DNA of 43,553 bases from a virus: the IMG/VR virus record IMGVR_UViG_3300045988_180307; one strand, 5' to 3'. Under the pieces are notes generated by a model. It did no database searches. It saw nothing but the letters and a program-made list of their open reading frames with translations, and was not told where the DNA came from. Below are positions 18,469 to 26,096 of the stretch, piece by piece; within the stretch, counting starts at the first letter, position 1, and each line of letters opens with the position of its first letter. A program made the translations under genes and the position numbers.

Positions 18469-19207
18469 TCAGTTCGGTCAACGCCCGCCAGCAATCCATC
18501 TGCAATACTTCTCTCTCCTTTGTGATATCCCCGCCTGTCAATGCCCGAATCTCCGCATTGACGAGTTCAAGCATATTAAAGGCTTCACCCTCCAGTTGTT
18601 CCGGAGGACGGAACAGATAGGGAAAGCATTTTGTAAAATGATTCTTAACCGATGCAATCCACAAAAACACGGACAGCAGTTCTTCTTCCGAAGGATTGAA
18701 CCGGCGGGGATGCCGCCCTTTGCGATCCACGTACAACAAAATTGCCATGGAACGCAGAAGAGCGTTATCGCGCGTGTGTAAAAAGCCCTGATAATAATTC
18801 TCAATACTGACATACTCCTTAAACGGAACATCATGCAACCGGGCATCCACCGACCGGAACCTGCCGATCCGCCACAGGCAGAAAGGCATATCACCCGGAC
18901 GCTCGATAAAGTCCAGCGTGTGCAGGAAACACTGTACCTGCCACGAATGAACAAAGAACCGAACCTTTTTCCATCCGTTGCGAACAGAACAAACCCACCC
19001 GTCCTCCTGTCTGCGCAATACAGTGATCCCCAGCAGCCGGACAAAGATGTATGTCTTTGCCGTGACCGGATCAAAACGGGTCATAATATAACACACATAG
19101 CGCAACTGCCATTGCTCCAGCTTGTGCCATGCATCCGGCAGATGGAAGTTGATCAACCTATCCCCAAAAGTAGCAGGTATCTTCTTTTTCATTTTTATAG
19201 TATTCAA
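18416..19207 (-). CDS. Hypothetical protein (virion morphogenesis region)
   Basis: 263-aa ORF in an operon context. No family recognised. Confidence 0.55.
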   Translation of the reverse strand: MNTIKMKKKIPATFGDRLINFHLPDAWHKLEQWQLRYVCYIMTRFDPVTAKTYIFVRLLGITVLRRQEDGWVCSVRNGWKKVRFFVHSWQVQCFLHTLDFIERPGDMPFCLWRIGRFRSVDARLHDVPFKEYVSIENYYQGFLHTRDNALLRSMAILLYVDRKGRHPRRFNPSEEELLSVFLWIASVKNHFTKCFPYLFRPPEQLEGEAFNMLELVNAEIRALTGGDITKEREVLQMDCWRALTELNEKAREAQELQQRYGCK

Positions 19208-19970
19208 AATGTTTTACCTTATACGCATCGCTATCCTTATACGCCGGAAAATCGTCCGGACACCCCTCCAGCAAGTTAACCACATTCGCCAGTTCCACAC
19301 GGAATGCCGGCAACTGCTTGTTGATCCAAAACCCTATCGCCCTACGGAGCGCACAAACCAACGGTATCTCGGCTTCAGCCAGTGACTTATGCCGGATTTG
19401 TTCAAGCAAATGATCAAACAAAACTGCGGATATCTCGCGCCGGATATATTCTTCAGCCTCGCTGATTTGCGGACGAAGTTCGAGCAGATCAGTACGGATA
19501 GCTGCCGGTCGGCCTGCAAAATCACGCACATGGGCACCGGTATAGTAAAGGGAACTGATCACCAACCGGGCACAAACTGAGGAAGACCAAGCGTCATCAC
19601 CAGTCATGCCCTCAATAATACAGTCCAGCGCATAATCCGCCTCACGCTGTATCTGCACGCGCAACGATTCAACCCGGTCACGTGATGCCGGAGATATATT
19701 CTGGTTATTGACAATACCGAACCCCGTATCCGTCAGTATCAGATCCAGCCCCGGGATCGCCTGATAAAACGCATCAAGACAGATATAACGGCACACATCT
19801 TCTTTAACGGGCAGCGTATCCACATCCGTATCACGCCCCAGCACCGTGCCAAAGAGCTTATGTTCAGCCTGTTCAAACCGATCTTGTATCGCATCAAACA
19901 CATACACGTTTGCCGAAGCGGCTGCAAAAACGACCTTCTCAAAAGTCTGTTTATCAATTATCATCTTCAT
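19158..19970 (-). CDS. Hypothetical protein following the portal-like gene (possible head completion / connector, by position only)
   Basis: 270-aa ORF whose start overlaps the end of the portal-like ORF. Confidence 0.55.
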   Translation of the reverse strand: MKMIIDKQTFEKVVFAAASANVYVFDAIQDRFEQAEHKLFGTVLGRDTDVDTLPVKEDVCRYICLDAFYQAIPGLDLILTDTGFGIVNNQNISPASRDRVESLRVQIQREADYALDCIIEGMTGDDAWSSSVCARLVISSLYYTGAHVRDFAGRPAAIRTDLLELRPQISEAEEYIRREISAVLFDHLLEQIRHKSLAEAEIPLVCALRRAIGFWINKQLPAFRVELANVVNLLEGCPDDFPAYKDSDAYKVKHFEYYKNEKEDTCYFWG

Positions 19971-21363
19971 CGTTGTTATGGTTTATCCGGTTAGCTGTCG
20001 TTGATTTGGCATCGGTATTCTGATCCAGAGTCGTGAGCAGGATCATCGGCACATCCGGATAGACCTTCTCACCCCATCCGTTATAATGAATCACCACGTT
20101 ATGCGGCATGTACATCAGATCATGAAAGGCAATCTCAAGCGACTGCTTGAGAGTAAACAGCTCGCGCTTGTCAGATCCGGAGTTATTGGACTGTGACTTG
20201 CCCGGAGTGGCCCCCACCAGATTAGGATGAATATTATCACCATAACAGGTAATATTGGACGCCTCTTGAATGTCTTCAGACCAGTCGCCACCCTCTTTAG
20301 TCGTATCAATCACATTGATACGCACCATACGGTTCTCCTTGCCGTTAGGATCGATGTAATAACCGGTAATCCAGACCTTGCCGGAATTCTCGATGCCGGA
20401 CACAAAATTTTTAATATTCTCTTTTTCTTTCTTAATGCGCTCCAGCTGCTTTACAGGCTCGGTTATGTGCTCTTCAGCCAACAGATTGGACCAAAAATCC
20501 TTGTGGACTTCAACCTGGTACTTAACCGTCGCATGATTCTTCAGCTTGGCTTTTTTCCCCTTACCGATCAACCGCTTGATGTCAAACCAGTCGCCTCGAA
20601 ATATAGAAGTATAGTTGGGTAACGGATAGTACCGGCAACCGGGCGTCGGAAAACGGACCAGAATGGCAAACTTGCGGTCTTTGGTGGGTGGAGACTTTTT
20701 TCCGTCCTTGCCGGGCGCACGCCCCATCCGGACCTCCAGATCACCCAACGGGTCTTTTTCGTCAAGCAGCGGCAGCACCTCGATCTCATCCTCACGCAAG
20801 GCCGACTTCCGGAAGTTGCCATAGAAGACATGATTGATACGCCCCTTGTCATCCGCCTTTTCAAACCGGCAATAACAAGCCTCCTTGTGCCGGAGCCTGA
20901 CAATCCGGGAACCGTCAACAGACAGTATGATCACCGACACACAGAAAAAATAATACTTCATATCTGTCGCCTGTTCAAGCATGAAGGAAGGTATACTGTT
21001 ATGCAGCATCCATTTTTTAATTTCCTTATCAACAGTCGGTCTGCCGGTATCATAGTCATTATACTTCTGCCCGGCACCGTAACAGGTAAGCACATTGAAC
21101 AACTTGTTCTGAGACATCACCTCGTCAACCCCTATCAACCTGATCAGCTCATACGGTAGCCTGTTGTCAGCGCCCCAGTTCACGTATTTATAACCTTTCG
21201 CCCCCGGCAACGTCGTCGAGGACACATCTTCGCCATCCTCGTCAAAAACCGCCGAACTGTCCTCGACCGTCTCCATGGATGCCTGCACGCCGGATTTACC
21301 CACCTCAAACACGCCTGAAGGGATATAGTCCAGCCGCACCCTGCTGTTTGTCTTATTTTTCAT
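19954..21363 (-). CDS. Putative portal protein
   Basis: 469 aa. The size, an acidic C-terminal tail and the segment GKSQSNNSGSDKRELF are compatible with portal proteins. This is a weak assignment by eye. Confidence 0.5.
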   Translation of the reverse strand: MKNKTNSRVRLDYIPSGVFEVGKSGVQASMETVEDSSAVFDEDGEDVSSTTLPGAKGYKYVNWGADNRLPYELIRLIGVDEVMSQNKLFNVLTCYGAGQKYNDYDTGRPTVDKEIKKWMLHNSIPSFMLEQATDMKYYFFCVSVIILSVDGSRIVRLRHKEACYCRFEKADDKGRINHVFYGNFRKSALREDEIEVLPLLDEKDPLGDLEVRMGRAPGKDGKKSPPTKDRKFAILVRFPTPGCRYYPLPNYTSIFRGDWFDIKRLIGKGKKAKLKNHATVKYQVEVHKDFWSNLLAEEHITEPVKQLERIKKEKENIKNFVSGIENSGKVWITGYYIDPNGKENRMVRINVIDTTKEGGDWSEDIQEASNITCYGDNIHPNLVGATPGKSQSNNSGSDKRELFTLKQSLEIAFHDLMYMPHNVVIHYNGWGEKVYPDVPMILLTTLDQNTDAKSTTANRINHNNDEDDN

Positions 21364-21599
21364 AAATAAACCTCCATACCATTAATTGAAAACAATGTGA
21401 TATCACGCAACCTGCGCGGCAGTCCGGATTTGGGACACTTGACCAGATGCGTGCCTCCCCGCCAATGGGAACCGATACAGATCACCCCCTTGTACTCAAT
21501 GATGTCACCTGTGGACAATTTCCAGACACGCAAATCAACCGGCTGTCCGGATTCCAGCAGCCGGATGGCATCAAGCCTATGTATTACCTTTATGCCCAT
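21360..21599 (-). CDS. Small hypothetical protein
   Basis: 79 aa counted from the internal start MGIKVIHRL. That start lies 1 nt downstream of the upstream gene's stop (21601). The longer 159-aa track ORF overlaps that gene heavily. Confidence 0.45.
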   Translation of the reverse strand: MGIKVIHRLDAIRLLESGQPVDLRVWKLSTGDIIEYKGVICIGSHWRGGTHLVKCPKSGLPRRLRDITLFSINGMEVYL

Positions 21600-21600
21600 A

Positions 21601-22635
21601 TCACTCAAACGTATAATCAAATGTATTATCAAACACACGTCCGGCACGCGGCAACTGCAAGATATTGTGATTACGCTGCGCATACCGATAAGAGAAAGTA
21701 AAGAACGGCAAATGATCCGGATCGTTGCTGCGCTTCGATTCCGACTCGGTGATGGTAACCTCCTTGCCCACTGTCGTACCGTCCAGCAGATAAATCTCTT
21801 TAGATCGGAACAAATCATCAAGCCACAACGCCATCTCATGTGTCAACACACCCGTATTGGCCTTGAACACCTTGGTCTCATCAATCCGATAATTACGGAA
21901 CATGCCATTAGTGTAAGCGGTGGACCGGACGTATTCCGGCTCCAACGCATGAGTTCCGGTACAGTAAACCGTCTCCTGGCACCCGAAAGAATTGGTGAAC
22001 AACAGAACCGGAGCGACATCGGGCGCATCAGGATCGAGTGAGAAGGTCTGCGTCCGTACTCCGGCATGAATAATATAGCGCACCAGCTCGAAGCCCGGTT
22101 TGACCAACAATTCGGGAGAAACTTCTACCGTAACGATCTTGTCCGTATCTGTCACCTGCCGCAAACTCACCTCACGGGTAGACAAACCGTCTTCGTCCCG
22201 GTAATAGACACAGGTAGCGGTCACAGGACATGCCTCAGTCGTGACCAGATGCACGAACTCCTTGCGCCCTATCGCCGTAACCTTCTCTCCCATCAGCGTG
22301 GACAGAAAATAACCCGCCATAAAATCCGCAGCCGGCATGGAGGACTCGGCAGCACAGAACTGCACCGTAAAGTTTTTATTCTGCTCGGATGATCCGTCCG
22401 TTATCCGATAACTGCACCGTTCTATCAGGTTTGTCACCAAATACGGTTCTATCAAGCCCTGCAAATCATTGATGGTTATCCGGCCGGAAGTATCCGGAAT
22501 GTAAGTTTCGGACAGAATCTCTTTTTCTCCGACCGTCAATGAGAAAACAGCCTTATTCTGATCCGTAGCGAACACCAGCTCGTTCAGTCCGGAACTGAAG
22601 GCGTAGGCCGGGATATCCTTTACTAAAACTATCAT
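21601..22635 (-). CDS. Hypothetical protein (possible virion protein)
   Basis: The likely start is MIVLVKDIPAYAF at 22635. The track ORF extends to 22695. Confidence 0.55.
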   Translation of the reverse strand: MIVLVKDIPAYAFSSGLNELVFATDQNKAVFSLTVGEKEILSETYIPDTSGRITINDLQGLIEPYLVTNLIERCSYRITDGSSEQNKNFTVQFCAAESSMPAADFMAGYFLSTLMGEKVTAIGRKEFVHLVTTEACPVTATCVYYRDEDGLSTREVSLRQVTDTDKIVTVEVSPELLVKPGFELVRYIIHAGVRTQTFSLDPDAPDVAPVLLFTNSFGCQETVYCTGTHALEPEYVRSTAYTNGMFRNYRIDETKVFKANTGVLTHEMALWLDDLFRSKEIYLLDGTTVGKEVTITESESKRSNDPDHLPFFTFSYRYAQRNHNILQLPRAGRVFDNTFDYTFE

Positions 22636-22746
22636 ATAACCTTTTTTTATCACAAAAATAAGGCAAATACCACGGGCAATAAAAGACAAGGACACCCTGT
22701 TTCACAACAGAATGTCCCCTATGTAAAATGTATAAAAAAATGTTTC

Positions 22747-23001
22747 TTATCGACGCATCATCATCCATTTGGGACGATTGTCACTGTCTATATGGATATG
22801 ATAGCCTGTATCACGCATCGTAGATGCAATATCATTCAAGGACAACTCCACCATATCAGACAAATCATCTTGAATATCTTGTGTGCTTTTCAACAACACA
22901 CCATCACCATCGGGTTGATCAGCCGGAAGAAATGCCATCAGATATTCAATCAATACATATTCCTCTACACGAGATTGATTGGGAGTAGAATTATTTTTCA
23001 T
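22747..23001 (-). CDS. Small acidic hypothetical protein
   Basis: 84 aa, preceded by AAGGAGGTGAAGC-ATG. Confidence 0.5.
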   Translation of the reverse strand: MKNNSTPNQSRVEEYVLIEYLMAFLPADQPDGDGVLLKSTQDIQDDLSDMVELSLNDIASTMRDTGYHIHIDSDNRPKWMMMRR

Positions 23002-23173
23002 GCTTCACCTCCTTTGTAACATAGTCATGCAAAAACGCATCTAATCGGATTAATTGTTCATGATTTATTTCGGATATATCTCCATAATTTTGAGCAAATA
23101 AATGGAATTTGACTTCTTTATTACCGTCACTACCTATCTCGACAGTCTTCATTATTGAAAATTCGTCATTCAT
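22991..23173 (-). CDS. Small hypothetical protein
   Basis: 60 aa, preceded by GGAAGGAGGTTTGCG-ATG. Its start overlaps the upstream stop (ATGA). Confidence 0.5.
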   Translation of the reverse strand: MNDEFSIMKTVEIGSDGNKEVKFHLFAQNYGDISEINHEQLIRLDAFLHDYVTKEVKHEK

Positions 23174-23514
23174 CGCAAACCTCCTTCCAGCATTTTCGGG
23201 TTTGAAGCTTCACAGAAACGGAACTCGCCGCGTACTGGATAAATATGAACTATGAAGACAGTATTATACGGATTCTTATCGGGATAGACCTCAATATGAT
23301 CATTGTTTCTGGAAACATCCACATGAAGCGGTTTGGTTCTTGGAAACTCTTCATCCAACATGGACGCTTTGGCACGAATACTCTCAATAAAGGCATCACG
23401 TGACAGTTCATCAGGAATCAATACATGAGTGAAAGTGGAAATCCATTTGTTCATAGCCCTGCCTTTATTGTTGACAGACAGGTAAGTTTTGGGTTCATCA
23501 ATAAAGAATTTCAT
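23170..23514 (-). CDS. Hypothetical protein
   Basis: 114 aa from MKFFIDEPKTY, preceded by GGAAAGGAGGTCTGAG-ATG. The Cys-rich N-terminal extension in the track ORF looks spurious. Confidence 0.5.
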   Translation of the reverse strand: MKFFIDEPKTYLSVNNKGRAMNKWISTFTHVLIPDELSRDAFIESIRAKASMLDEEFPRTKPLHVDVSRNNDHIEVYPDKNPYNTVFIVHIYPVRGEFRFCEASNPKMLEGGLR

Positions 23515-23780
23515 CTCAGACCTCCTTTCCAAGCAAGATGTAACGACACAACAAACCAAGCCAGGCAAAGCAATGCAGGAACAGCCGACACAAAACCGGC
23601 ACATACCAATGCAGAAAAAGCCAAGGAAGCATGAGCCATAAGGCACACCTGACGGTTAGACACTGAATCTTCAAGTACGGAAGAAAATAATTGATTCTCA
23701 CGGTTCAGCCACATAGTTAGGACTGACGATTTGCTCACGACATTTATGTCGGTAGCAGGAATTGAAACTGTTTGTTTCAT
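23511..23780 (-). CDS. Small membrane protein
   Basis: 89 aa with C-terminal hydrophobic helices (LMAHASLAFSALVCAGFVSAVPALLCLAWFVVSL). Confidence 0.45.
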   Translation of the reverse strand: MKQTVSIPATDINVVSKSSVLTMWLNRENQLFSSVLEDSVSNRQVCLMAHASLAFSALVCAGFVSAVPALLCLAWFVVSLHLAWKGGLR

Positions 23781-23783
23781 ACG

Positions 23784-23855
23784 ATTATGGTTTTGTTTAG
23801 CATTTTAGACAGATAAACGGCTGTCCTATCCCGTGTCGCTAAACAAAACCATAAT
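23784..23855. repeat. Perfect 18-bp inverted repeat ATTATGGTTTTGTTTAGC / GCTAAACAAAACCATAAT (38-nt spacer), with a third 16-nt copy at 24001-24016
   Basis: Arms at 23784-23801 and 23838-23855. ATGGTTTTGTTTAGCA recurs at 24001-24016. On the minus strand the element ends at or just before start codons. Confidence 0.8.
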
Positions 23856-24002
23856 CCACTCCGCAGAGCAAAAATAGTTGGGAAAGACAGCCGTAACTTT
23901 ATCACAAAAGTTGTGACTTCTACAATATCTTAATCTATTAGGCACAAAAAAAGCCCATTCATCATGAGCATTAACCGTTGCTCTAACGTCATGAACACAC
24001 AT
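23826..24002 (-). CDS. Doubtful small Cys-rich ORF
   Basis: 58 aa from MCVHDVRATV, preceded by the repeated GCTAAACAAAACC leader. It overlaps the repeat, so coding status is uncertain. Confidence 0.25.
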   Translation of the reverse strand: MCVHDVRATVNAHDEWAFFVPNRLRYCRSHNFCDKVTAVFPNYFCSAEWIMVLFSDTG

Positions 24003-24057
24003 GGTTTTGTTTAGCACCGCAAATATGAGGATTATATTTGAGAGTGCCAAACTTTAT

Positions 24058-24582
24058 TTAAAATAAATCCTGCTGTTGTGGGATTTTAGTCGATTCTTTA
24101 TATCGTTTTACCATATCCAGCATTAATTCATCACGATCTATAGCCGCCTGAATACGTTCATTCAAATCAGCTGAATTCTTCTTATCTTTCAGATCTTTTT
24201 TATTCTGCAACACATGTCCTCTTGCACGTGAATCCATATAATCAAGTACTCGTTCTTCTGTCGTAAATTTCAGCTTTCGATAAGGAGTATTACTTGCATT
24301 AATTTTATCCTCTATCATCTGTATGAATGCATCTTTATCACCCTGTTTAAAACGCTGCATCATATTATCTGATAAAATAACAATCGTAATGTCCTTATCA
24401 AAATCTACCAAACGAGCGTATCCACCTACATTACCCAACATCTGCATAAAAATATCTTTCTTTCCAGCTAAACCTGCTGAAATGAAAATCTCTTTTCCAT
24501 AAAAATTGATATCCCAACTGTCCATGAATATCTTAAACTCTAACGCTTCATACGTTAAGTTTATCATTGTTTTTATTGCCAT
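24058..24582 (-). CDS. BRCT-like domain protein
   Basis: 174 aa. FYGKEIFISAGLAGKKDIFMQMLGNVGGYARLVDFDKDITIVILSD follows the BRCT pattern (f.gk.fv.tG.l....r.e....i...Gg.v). Charged helical C-terminus. Confidence 0.5.
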   Translation of the reverse strand: MAIKTMINLTYEALEFKIFMDSWDINFYGKEIFISAGLAGKKDIFMQMLGNVGGYARLVDFDKDITIVILSDNMMQRFKQGDKDAFIQMIEDKINASNTPYRKLKFTTEERVLDYMDSRARGHVLQNKKDLKDKKNSADLNERIQAAIDRDELMLDMVKRYKESTKIPQQQDLF

Positions 24583-24595
24583 AGCACTATTTTTT

Positions 24596-25582
24596 TTAAA
24601 ATTTCAGTCTTATACTATCCATCTCAGCTGCAATATATTTTTTCCAGTCAATTTCGCTCTGCAAGCCCATCATATCTATAAAATCTGTTTCAGAAAGCAA
24701 TTCTATTTCAATGCCTTCTTCTCTATATTTTATAGCTTTCTTCTGTTTACTACTTAACCCATCCGGTCCAACTTGTGATGGACTTTGAGCACCAACAACC
24801 AAATAGTTAGTCGCTTTTGTCAAATTGCCTAAACAATGTCCTCCTATCCGACATACATAATCTTCCGCCTCATTTCTTGTGAAATATTCTAGTTTACCTG
24901 TAAATACAACATTCTGATCAAAGAAGGGATTACTTTCATCAAACTTTTCAGAATCATATATTTTGTCCTCTATCTCTTTTAATCTGTTTTTATAAATACG
25001 TTTAATATAGCATTTATTATAAGCAGCTAAAGAAACAGCACCTAACACCAATCTATTATTTTCGGCAAAATCTATCAAATCCTTATCTTTCTTAGATTCG
25101 CACGCACGGATGATCAACTCACACCAGTTTGTAGCCAAGTTCAAAGGCATATTATCTATGACTTCTATTTTAAGTAATTCACACAAATCATCGAAACGAT
25201 ATGAATATGTTGATATAGCGCAGCGTATTATATTTTTAGCAGTAAGAACCCTAATCGGAGCACAATCTATATTGTATTGTGTTATCACATTATGTAATAC
25301 AGTTGTATCATATCCATCAGCCGGTGATACCAGAACTGGAAATTTTTTTATAAAAGAATAAAGTTCCTCCCAGTGTTCTATCAAAGTTCCTTTACCCCGT
25401 AAGTCTTCTAAACTAAGTCCTGAAGTCAAGAAGTCAAAAGGAGCATCTTCAGGATCAACGAATATTTCTTTTTTGGATACAATACTTGCATCCTTAACCC
25501 CTATAAGAGCTATCCGACAAGGGGCATTTTTATACTGGTTGCAACACTCAACGCGTATTAATGCAAAATTCAAATTATTCAT
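24596..25582 (-). CDS. DnaQ-like (DEDD) exonuclease-fold protein with degenerate catalytic residues, fused to a C-terminal BRCT domain
   Basis: 328 aa. NFALIRVECCN sits where exonucleases have FvaiDfETan. VLVSPADGYDTTVL sits where they have lvaHNasFD..vL. The C-terminus FFDQNVVFTGKLEYFTRNEAEDYVCRIGGHCLGNLTKATNYLVVG is a classical BRCT, as in NAD-dependent ligases. Confidence 0.65.
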   Translation of the reverse strand: MNNLNFALIRVECCNQYKNAPCRIALIGVKDASIVSKKEIFVDPEDAPFDFLTSGLSLEDLRGKGTLIEHWEELYSFIKKFPVLVSPADGYDTTVLHNVITQYNIDCAPIRVLTAKNIIRCAISTYSYRFDDLCELLKIEVIDNMPLNLATNWCELIIRACESKKDKDLIDFAENNRLVLGAVSLAAYNKCYIKRIYKNRLKEIEDKIYDSEKFDESNPFFDQNVVFTGKLEYFTRNEAEDYVCRIGGHCLGNLTKATNYLVVGAQSPSQVGPDGLSSKQKKAIKYREEGIEIELLSETDFIDMMGLQSEIDWKKYIAAEMDSIRLKF

Positions 25583-25592
25583 CTGTAAATAA

Positions 25593-25666
25593 TCTATCCC
25601 CCATACCGTGCGCTCACCGGAACCACCCGGAACCTGTCTTGCAGATTACACGATATGAGGGATAGA
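25593..25666 (-). other. Long imperfect hairpin in the 5' leader of the exonuclease-BRCT gene
   Basis: TCTATCCCCCATACCGTG (25593-25610) pairs with CACGATATGAGGGATAGA (25649-25666) at 16 of 18 positions, enclosing 38 nt. On the minus strand the 3' arm ends 10 nt before the ATG at 25582. Confidence 0.5.
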
Positions 25667-25707
25667 AAAAATCGGTTTATTTTGAGCATTCAAATATGGT
25701 GATAAAA

Positions 25708-25740
25708 TTTGAAACTGCAAAAGGAATAATCGTATCTTTG
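25708..25740 (+). promoter_or_regulatory. Bacteroides-type promoter candidate (-33 TTTG, -7 TATCTTTG)
   Basis: TTTG at 25708-25711 and TATCTTTG (= TAnnTTTG) at 25733-25740, separated by 21 nt. Located 12 nt upstream of a small + strand ORF. Confidence 0.4.
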
Positions 25741-25751
25741 TAAAAAATGAA

Positions 25752-25868
25752 ATGATTATGACAATAATACAGTATATTAAAGCCAATTACAAAAGCAGGG
25801 ACAAATATCTATTCATCATGTGCTTTATCATCAGCTTTATAGCATCCATAATAGCAAGAATGATATAA
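25752..25868 (+). CDS. 38-aa hydrophobic peptide (MIMTIIQYIKANYKSRDKYLFIMCFIISFIASIIARMI), type I toxin-like
   Basis: Not in the ORF track because it is under 60 aa. One predicted TM helix. Opposite strand to all neighbours, with the promoter-like motif just upstream. Confidence 0.3.
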   Translation: MIMTIIQYIKANYKSRDKYLFIMCFIISFIASIIARMI

Positions 25869-25942
25869 TAGAACCGGCAACATTTTTTCAAGCAATCGCA
25901 TTTTTAATGCGTTCCCTTATCGCAATTCTATTGCGTTAAACA

Positions 25943-26030
25943 AAAAATTCCGCTTTCCCCCTGCGGTGGCTTGCAGACACAGCCTCCAAACAAAGAGCAG
26001 GAGGTTGTGTCTGCAAGCCACCGCAGGGGG
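25943..26030 (-). terminator. Very long GC-rich hairpin (25 perfect bp, 31 bp with an extension) after the methylase-like gene; terminator candidate
   Basis: CCCCCTGCGGTGGCTTGCAGACACA (25957-25981) pairs perfectly with 26006-26030. GCCTCC/GGAGGT extends the stem, and the loop is 12 nt. On the minus strand it is followed by AAAGCGGAATTTTTTG. Confidence 0.5.
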
Positions 26031-26096
26031 CGACACGCAAAGGCACTCCATCCCCCGAATCGAGGTATAGAGCACCTTTTCAGACTTTCTAACGCA

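Noticed and set aside
21360-21839. The 159-aa version of ORF 21360-21839
   Set aside because: Its upstream 80 codons overlap the end of the 345-aa gene in another frame and are Arg/Cys/Ser-rich. The internal start at 21599 fits the operon spacing.
25611-25648. A shared CCGGAAC / GTTCCGG motif between the leader at 25611-25648 and the fibre inverted-repeat palindrome (9012-9024), as a common recombinase or regulator site
   Set aside because: The 7-mer also occurs inside several GC-rich coding regions (for example near 16690, 18326, 18855 and 21955). It is expected by chance several times in 87 kb of two-strand sequence, so the link is not supported.
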